Shown here: piece after piece, positions 58,066 through 64,000 of the stretch
Layout of the letters: each line of letters starts with the position of its first letter
Position numbering within the stretch: the first letter of the stretch is position 1
Assembly (NCBI GenBank): GCA_964406145.1
Contig: CAYOQP010000005.1
Location: 834 to 64,833, forward strand
Reading direction: 5' to 3'
DNA: 64,000 bases
Source: an uncultured Candidatus Saccharibacteria bacterium
GTDB taxonomy: Bacteria; Patescibacteriota; UBA1384; XYA2-FULL-43-10; 1-14-0-10-43-13
The notes under the pieces: generated by a model
Databases searched by the model: none
Told to the model about the DNA's origin: nothing
What the model saw: the letters and a program-made list of their open reading frames with translations, nothing else
Position numbers and translations under genes: made by a program

Positions 58066-60666
58066 CTAATCGCTTTTATTTTTTTTGATTCTTTTGTCGT
58101 GGAGAAAACGAACAACTTCAGCAATCAGAAAAGCAAATACAACAAGAATTCCTAATGTTATGCTCTCACCAGCTGTTAGAGGAACTAGCTGGAATATTTT
58201 GGACATTGGCGGCACAAAAAGTAGGATCTGTAATATTGCTGCGAGACTGATAGCAGTGATCAAGTATCTATTTACAAAAAAACTTTTGGGAGACTGCCAA
58301 ATTCTTTTGTTTGAACGAATAGAGAGAGAATAAACCAAGGCCGCGAAAACAACAAAGCAGAAAATCATCGTTCTGGCCTTGGCAATAGAGAAATTTAGAC
58401 CCCAAAGATAAAGAGAGAAACCAAGAATGATAGCAATCACAGCCAGGGTGATTGCGTAGTACATTGATTTTTGGAGTGAATTGACAGCAGTTGTCCTCGG
58501 CTTCTCGTTGAGGACCTGATTGCTCGGCTTCTCGAAACAAAAAGACAAAGCCGCAAAGCTTTCTATGATTAAATTGATCCAAAGAATCTGAGCAGTCGTA
58601 AATGGGACTGGAAGGCCGAAAACAAAAGCCATTATCACCAAAAATACCAGATTCATATTTCCAGAGAACAATTGGACGATAACATTTTTGATATTGTCAT
58701 AGATGGTGCGACCATATTCAATCGCCGAGACTATCGTATTGTATTTATCGTCGGACAAAACAATATCGGCTGAATCCTTGGCCACATCAGTGCCCTTTAT
58801 GCCCATAGCAATGCCCACCTGTGCCTCTTTAAGGGCCGGAGCGTCATTTACCCCGTCACCAGTCATGGCAACAGAGAAGCCGGCGTCCTGAAGTGTTTTA
58901 ACAATGAGTATCTTGCCCTCCGGTGTGACGCGAGCGAAAATCTTAACCTTAGCCAAAGCTTGAAGCAATTCAGTTTTACTCATATTCTCTAAATCACTTT
59001 GAATCACAATTTCATCATTAGCAACATTAAGTCCAACCTTATTAGCAACGAATCTAGCTGTCTCAAAATGGTCTCCGGTAATTATGATCGAGCGTATTCC
59101 CGCTCGCATAGTTCTGGCAATTGCTTCTTTGATACCAGTCGTTGGCTCGTCTACCATCGCAAATAATCCACGAAATTTCATTCCGGAAAGCGCAGAGCTA
59201 TGGACATTACCAAGATGTTTATCCGCCAAAGCGATTACTTTGTAGCCTTCCCTGCCATATGACTCAGCCTGATCAATTATTTTTTCCTTTTCCGTCTTAG
59301 TCAAAGAACAAAATTCAACTATTTTTTCACAAGCACCTTTGACGATTAAAGATTTTTTGTTCTCTGATTCAACCAAAACAGCCATAAATTTCTTATCGGA
59401 ATCGAAGGGTATTTCCATCAATCTCTTGTAGTTCTTGGCTTCAAATCTAGCAAGTTTGTCCATGAGATCGGCTCGTTCTACGATTGCGATCTCGACTGGA
59501 TCGCCTGAGTATTCACCTTTTTCGTTAAGATTGAGATTGGAACAGGCCAAACCATGAGCAAAAAAGGCGATGAGTTTTTCATTATCGGTCGGCTTTTCAA
59601 AATTATATAAAGTTGATTTGCCATCATTAAATAAAAAAACTTCGTCAACAATGAGGTTATTATTTGTAATCGTTCCTGTTTTGTCGGTAACAATAATGTT
59701 AGTTGTGCCAAGTGTCTCAATCGCTGACATCTTCCTGACAATTGCTTTTTTCTTGGCCATTCTTGAAACACCGATAGCAAGTGCTAAGGTTATTGCCGTG
59801 GGTAGACTCTCCGGTACGGCCGCTACTAGAAGTGCAATCGTAAAAGTAAGCAATGGAAAAATATCGGATCCACGATAATAGCCAAGAATAAAAATCATAG
59901 AGGCCGTAATAAAGGAAAAAATCGTCAACATCTTGCCGAGATGACCAACCTGTCTTTCAAGAGGAGTTTTTTCCTCTGGTTTATCGATCAATTCTGCTAT
60001 TTTACCAAACTCTGTAGTTTCTCCTGTCGCAACTACAATTCCTCGTCCTCGGCCAACTACTACTATAGTCGAGGCAAAAAGCATATTGAGACGATCTGCT
60101 AGAGAAGTATCAAGCGGAAGAACCTTTACATTCTTACTCACTGGAACCGATTCACCAGTCAGAGAAGACTCATTTATCATTAGAGACTCTTCTTCGACCA
60201 AGCGCAAATCAGCTGGTATTTTGTCCCCTGCCTCAAAAATAACGACATCTCCAATAACCAGATCTTCACTATCGATCACTAATAAATTGCCGTCGCGAAT
60301 TACCTTGGCTTTGATTCTGAAATTATTCTTTAGCTCTGATAAAGCCTTTTCTGCTTTGTATTCTTGAAAGAAACCAAGACAGACATTAATGAGAATGATT
60401 ATTATTAAGATGAGCGACTGGGCTAGCCCGTCAACAAAATATGAGATTATTGAGGCAATAAAAAGAAGGATTATGAAAAAATTAAAAAATTGCCTGAAAA
60501 AAATCCTAGCTGGACTAATACCTCTTATTTTTTCAAGTGTATTTTTGCCATATTTTTCAAGTCGAAAATAGGCTTTTTCTCGTGTTAAGCCCTTCTGTAA
60601 ATCTGTCTCAAAATGTTTAGCAACATCAGAAACAGGCCATTGATGAAAACGAAAATTTTTATTAAT
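58066..60666 (-). CDS. Cation-transporting P-type ATPase (type II-like), apparent ATT start
   Basis: TGES, PESLP, DKTGT, GDGVNDAP; frame stays open 129 codons upstream of the tracked GTG (GLT..RLEKYGKN, TM1-2, FQEYKAEKAL) to ATT at 60666 after AGGAGG. Confidence 0.92.
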   Translation of the reverse strand: MNKNFRFHQWPVSDVAKHFETDLQKGLTREKAYFRLEKYGKNTLEKIRGISPARIFFRQFFNFFIILLFIASIISYFVDGLAQSLILIIIILINVCLGFFQEYKAEKALSELKNNFRIKAKVIRDGNLLVIDSEDLVIGDVVIFEAGDKIPADLRLVEEESLMINESSLTGESVPVSKNVKVLPLDTSLADRLNMLFASTIVVVGRGRGIVVATGETTEFGKIAELIDKPEEKTPLERQVGHLGKMLTIFSFITASMIFILGYYRGSDIFPLLTFTIALLVAAVPESLPTAITLALAIGVSRMAKKKAIVRKMSAIETLGTTNIIVTDKTGTITNNNLIVDEVFLFNDGKSTLYNFEKPTDNEKLIAFFAHGLACSNLNLNEKGEYSGDPVEIAIVERADLMDKLARFEAKNYKRLMEIPFDSDKKFMAVLVESENKKSLIVKGACEKIVEFCSLTKTEKEKIIDQAESYGREGYKVIALADKHLGNVHSSALSGMKFRGLFAMVDEPTTGIKEAIARTMRAGIRSIIITGDHFETARFVANKVGLNVANDEIVIQSDLENMSKTELLQALAKVKIFARVTPEGKILIVKTLQDAGFSVAMTGDGVNDAPALKEAQVGIAMGIKGTDVAKDSADIVLSDDKYNTIVSAIEYGRTIYDNIKNVIVQLFSGNMNLVFLVIMAFVFGLPVPFTTAQILWINLIIESFAALSFCFEKPSNQVLNEKPRTTAVNSLQKSMYYAITLAVIAIILGFSLYLWGLNFSIAKARTMIFCFVVFAALVYSLSIRSNKRIWQSPKSFFVNRYLITAISLAAILQILLFVPPMSKIFQLVPLTAGESITLGILVVFAFLIAEVVRFLHDKRIKKNKSD

Positions 60667-60685
60667 TTTCCCCTCCTAAGATAAA

Positions 60686-62578
60686 TCAGGAACACTGATT
60701 GGGACAACTGCCACCACAATCTACTCCGGCCTCATCACCGTTCCGCACACCATCATTACAGGCTGGCACGACTACTGGCTCAACAACTGGAGCGGCCTTG
60801 CCAATAAGCCATTGTTCCGCAATGGCCTTATAGACTGAAGTAAATGTTTTGTCCTGCAAGACCGTGCCAGCACTATCAGTAACTTTATAATGAAAATTAG
60901 CTGTTGCACCCTGATGAGCCTTGCCAGTTTGTTTCTTTTCGCCAGGACCAAGAGTATCGGTTTCAATGTAAACAGGAGATGGTGGATTCACAATCTCGGT
61001 TGTTACTGGAGTCGATATTTCTATCTTACGATCATCTTTTGTGCCATAGAAATCAAAAGTTATTTTATTGCCGACAATTTTTGATTGAACCAGAAGATGG
61101 CTCTTGTAATTATTAACAAATTTAAAGTCAGGCGCTGGATCGTAGATCGTTGCATCCATACCAATTGGTGGCTCGTAGTAGCTCACCCTATAACTATGAT
61201 TTGATCGCTGCGTAATCTTCATGCCGGCATTTAGTGCAGCGCGAAATAAGGTCGAGGAGACCTGACATAAGCCCCCACCGAATTCTGGAACCGTTTTGTT
61301 ATCTTTGATAACAAGCTCTTCAAGATAGCCAGTAGTCCCGTCTATTGTGCCGAGATGGGATAGCGTCGAAAACTCTTCGCCCGCACCAAGCAACGTACCA
61401 TTGATGGCCGACGCACCGATCTGAATATTGTGAATGCGATTAGCCGGGGAACCGGCAAATGACGTTGTCGCCGTTCCGATCAATTCATTAATTCCGAGGG
61501 AGCTGATATCGGTATTACTAACATCTGGTTTTTTAATAGCTACCTTTAAATTAATAACTATTGGGTCAACCGCAGTCGCTGTTAATTGAATCCGCGAGAA
61601 AAGAGCATCTTCAATACTATTCAAAGTCTCAGTTACGTCTAGCGTTCGTCCATCAACCGAATTTTGGAAGACAGTCACCTTGCCATCAACAATGGTCAGT
61701 TTGGCACTAACTGAATTAACATCAATGCTTTTAGCTAGGGACTCAGCATATTTCTGTGCTCTTTCGGTGTTAAAGACCAGATCTAAATCATCTTTGTTTG
61801 TTCTGGAAGAAATAAACCCGCCAATTGTGTCAACATCAACTTTATAGTCCTGACCGTTGTATTTTAAGACCAATTCTCCAGCTGCTAAGATTTTGTTTGC
61901 CAAATCTAATTTCACCTGAGCCTTATCTGGGTTAACTTGAGGTTTAAATGACTCAAGAGAAAAAGAAATTAAGTCTGATCTGACATTGGCAAAATTATTC
62001 TTAATCTCTAACTCAATTTTCTCTTGGTTTATTCTCTTGCCCTCGACTCGATCATTTGAAAGTTCGTATTTGCCATCTTTGTAAATAATTGAATAATCTT
62101 TCTCTGGCTGATCAAGTTCGGCAGATATTTGTTTTATTTTTACCCTAAGGCTATCCTCATTTACCGAATAAATAGCCTGATGACGAGTCTTAGTAAAAAT
62201 AACTTTGATCTCTTCGCCTATAGCCAAAAAAACATTATTATTTCGCCCTTTTGACCAAATTTCGTTAACTGTTGCATCAACATCATAAGAAAGTCCCACT
62301 TCCATCGGACCGACCTCATAATTCTTATTTTGATCAGAATTATTGAGGACCAAATTTGTATTGAGACTTTTTTCTGTTTGAGATTTTATAAGGGATGTTA
62401 GATCGCTTTTCTTGTATCCACTCACTTTTGTGCCGCCAAAATATTGATGCGGTAGAACTCTGCTAGCATAAGCAAAGGAATAAACACCAAGTGATAATAG
62501 AATTAAAACACAAAAACCAGCAACGCCAAGCGCTACTCGCCTAGTAAGAACTTTTTTACTTATTTTTACTTTCCCCAT
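60686..62578 (-). CDS. VanW-family protein with peptidoglycan-binding-like repeats and Cys-rich tail
   Basis: N-terminal TM; NRIHNI, FGGGLCQVSSTLF, NHSY, GMDAT; tail CNDGVRNGDEAGVDCGGSC. Confidence 0.9.
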   Translation of the reverse strand: MGKVKISKKVLTRRVALGVAGFCVLILLSLGVYSFAYASRVLPHQYFGGTKVSGYKKSDLTSLIKSQTEKSLNTNLVLNNSDQNKNYEVGPMEVGLSYDVDATVNEIWSKGRNNNVFLAIGEEIKVIFTKTRHQAIYSVNEDSLRVKIKQISAELDQPEKDYSIIYKDGKYELSNDRVEGKRINQEKIELEIKNNFANVRSDLISFSLESFKPQVNPDKAQVKLDLANKILAAGELVLKYNGQDYKVDVDTIGGFISSRTNKDDLDLVFNTERAQKYAESLAKSIDVNSVSAKLTIVDGKVTVFQNSVDGRTLDVTETLNSIEDALFSRIQLTATAVDPIVINLKVAIKKPDVSNTDISSLGINELIGTATTSFAGSPANRIHNIQIGASAINGTLLGAGEEFSTLSHLGTIDGTTGYLEELVIKDNKTVPEFGGGLCQVSSTLFRAALNAGMKITQRSNHSYRVSYYEPPIGMDATIYDPAPDFKFVNNYKSHLLVQSKIVGNKITFDFYGTKDDRKIEISTPVTTEIVNPPSPVYIETDTLGPGEKKQTGKAHQGATANFHYKVTDSAGTVLQDKTFTSVYKAIAEQWLIGKAAPVVEPVVVPACNDGVRNGDEAGVDCGGSCPNQCS

Positions 62579-62648
62579 TTTATAGTGTTCCCGATGACAA
62601 CTTAATCATACAGAGAAATTATCTTTTTTTTAAGATCTAGGCACTAAT

Positions 62649-62885
62649 TTAGAAATCTTTTGGATTCAAAATTTCATTCAAAAGATCCTTGGCCTTTTGT
62701 TCGCGTTGTTTCTTCTCGGATTCAAGAGTTTGAATCGACAAAACTAGTATTTCGCCTTCTTTCGCGTTCTTGGGCAAGTAAAAAGACGGCAAAACAAGCT
62801 GTTCATCATTTTCGTCAAGCAAAACCGCTTTGTCCCCTTCAAAGCGATCGAGAGTAAATTCTTTTTTTACTTGATCTGTTTTCAT
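62649..62885 (-). CDS. DUF3006-like protein
   Basis: LDRFEGDKAVL..LPKNAKEG. Confidence 0.85.
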   Translation of the reverse strand: MKTDQVKKEFTLDRFEGDKAVLLDENDEQLVLPSFYLPKNAKEGEILVLSIQTLESEKKQREQKAKDLLNEILNPKDF

Positions 62886-62917
62886 GAACAAACAAATTAT
62901 TAGAAATAAATCTTTGG

Positions 62918-62949
62918 AATATCCTCCCGAAAAATCAGGAGGATTTTTT
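62918..62949. terminator. Hairpin downstream of hppA
   Basis: ATCCTCC..GGAGGAT with AT-rich flanks. Confidence 0.6.
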
Positions 62950-62952
62950 CAA

Positions 62953-64000
62953 CTATTTAGAACTCTTAGCTGTTTCTTTTTTTCCGCCGAAGATCATCCA
63001 AGCGGCAATACCGATAATAAGAGCCGCGACAATGGCAATCTTGGCAGTTGCAGGAACTTCAACCTTGATCAAAGTTGTCGCAATCAATAGAGCAATGATG
63101 TTGACGACCTTGATAATTGGATTGATAGCTGGACCAGCAGTATCCTTGTAAGGGTCACCTACAGTGTCGCCGGTAACAGCAGCAGCATGTGCAATCGAGC
63201 CTTTGCCACCAAATGCACCATCTTCGATGTACTTTTTGGAGTTGTCCCAAGCACCACCGCCAGAAGTCATAGAAATAGCAACAAAAAGACCTGTAACGAT
63301 TGTGCCGATCAAGAAACCTCCGAGAGCAACTGGGCCCAATAGGAAACCAACGAGGAGCGGTGAAGCAACAGTAATAGCAGCCGGAAGAACCATCTCACGA
63401 ATAGCGGACTTGGTCACGATATCGACAGCCTTGCCATACTCTGGCTTGGTCTTGCCTTCCATAATCCCTTTGATCTCTTTGAATTGTCGACGAACTTCGG
63501 TTACAACAGCACCAGCAGCCTTGCCAACAGCTTCCATAGCAAGAGAACCAAAATAGTATGGAAGTAATCCACCTAAGAACAGACCAACCAAGACATATGG
63601 ATCCTTAAGATCAAAGGCGACTTGCAAACCACCATTGTTCAACTTCTCGGTATAGTCAGCAAACAAGACCATGGCAGCCAAAGCAGCGGAACCGATGGCA
63701 TAACCCTTGGTTACGGCTTTAGTTGTATTGCCAACTGAATCAAGAGCATCTGTGTGAACTCGAACATCAGATGGTAACTCTGACATTTCAGCGATACCGC
63801 CAGCATTATCAACGACTGGGCCAAAAGCATCAATAGCAACGATGATACCAGCCATTGAAAGCATGGCCATAGCGGCGATCGCAATACCAAATAGTCCAGC
63901 AAGAGAATAAGCACCAAGAATAGCAGCACCAATAACGATAACAGGAGCAGCGGTCGATCTCATGGAAACTGCTAAGCCAGTAATAATATTTGTGCCATGA
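62953..64000 (-). CDS. hppA: Membrane-bound proton-translocating pyrophosphatase, 5' end off-window
   Basis: [49 protein letters not shown]; frame open to the window edge. Confidence 0.97.
   Translation of the reverse strand, partial: HGTNIITGLAVSMRSTAAPVIVIGAAILGAYSLAGLFGIAIAAMAMLSMAGIIVAIDAFGPVVDNAGGIAEMSELPSDVRVHTDALDSVGNTTKAVTKGYAIGSAALAAMVLFADYTEKLNNGGLQVAFDLKDPYVLVGLFLGGLLPYYFGSLAMEAVGKAAGAVVTEVRRQFKEIKGIMEGKTKPEYGKAVDIVTKSAIREMVLPAAITVASPLLVGFLLGPVALGGFLIGTIVTGLFVAISMTSGGGAWDNSKKYIEDGAFGGKGSIAHAAAVTGDTVGDPYKDTAGPAINPIIKVVNIIALLIATTLIKVEVPATAKIAIVAALIIGIAAWMIFGGKKETAKSSK

Noticed and set aside
60686-62578. Vancomycin-resistance cluster (VanW plus unusual ddl)
   Set aside because: VanW-family genes are widespread; no vanH/vanX/vanRS is present and ddl lies about 45 kb away.

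Overview
About 64 kb of an AT-rich, gene-dense bacterial chromosome using the standard code (TAA, TAG and TGA all act as stops). Gene content suggests a Patescibacteria/CPR-like host; this is inference, not a classification. Bases 1-7349 are the right-hand part of an integrative element that ends in tRNA-Asn(GTT). It carries zinc-ribbon cargo genes, a SpoVG/PC4-like protein with an SSB-like tail, a palindrome-rich spacer, a structured leader and a large serine recombinase whose last codons are the antisense of the tRNA. The rest is mostly housekeeping (rpoD, dnaG, alr, a double-domain ddl, ppsA, recA/recX, ftsK, rnj, pnp, rpsO, rpsT, lepB, holA, split polA, ychF, rpsF-ssb-rpsR-efp, groESL, pyrG, a P-type ATPase, hppA). 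It is interspersed with a phosphohydrolase cluster and several GC-richer stand-alone orphan cassettes. The strongest novelty candidate is the tRNA-Ser(GGA) locus (17.5-18.1 kb). There a minimal GIY-YIG nuclease gene sits between a hairpin-interrupted copy of the tRNA 5' end and the intact tRNA, which supplies the nuclease's last codons and stop. A second hairpin-interrupted copy of the tRNA 3' end lies downstream. Other leads are the recombinase leader and its similarity to the att-proximal sequence, two convergent candidate ncRNAs (one 6S-like) between udg and pnp, an apparent ATT-start ATPase and a stop-interrupted wecB. No CRISPR array or rRNA was seen. All family calls come from motif recognition by eye; no searches were run.
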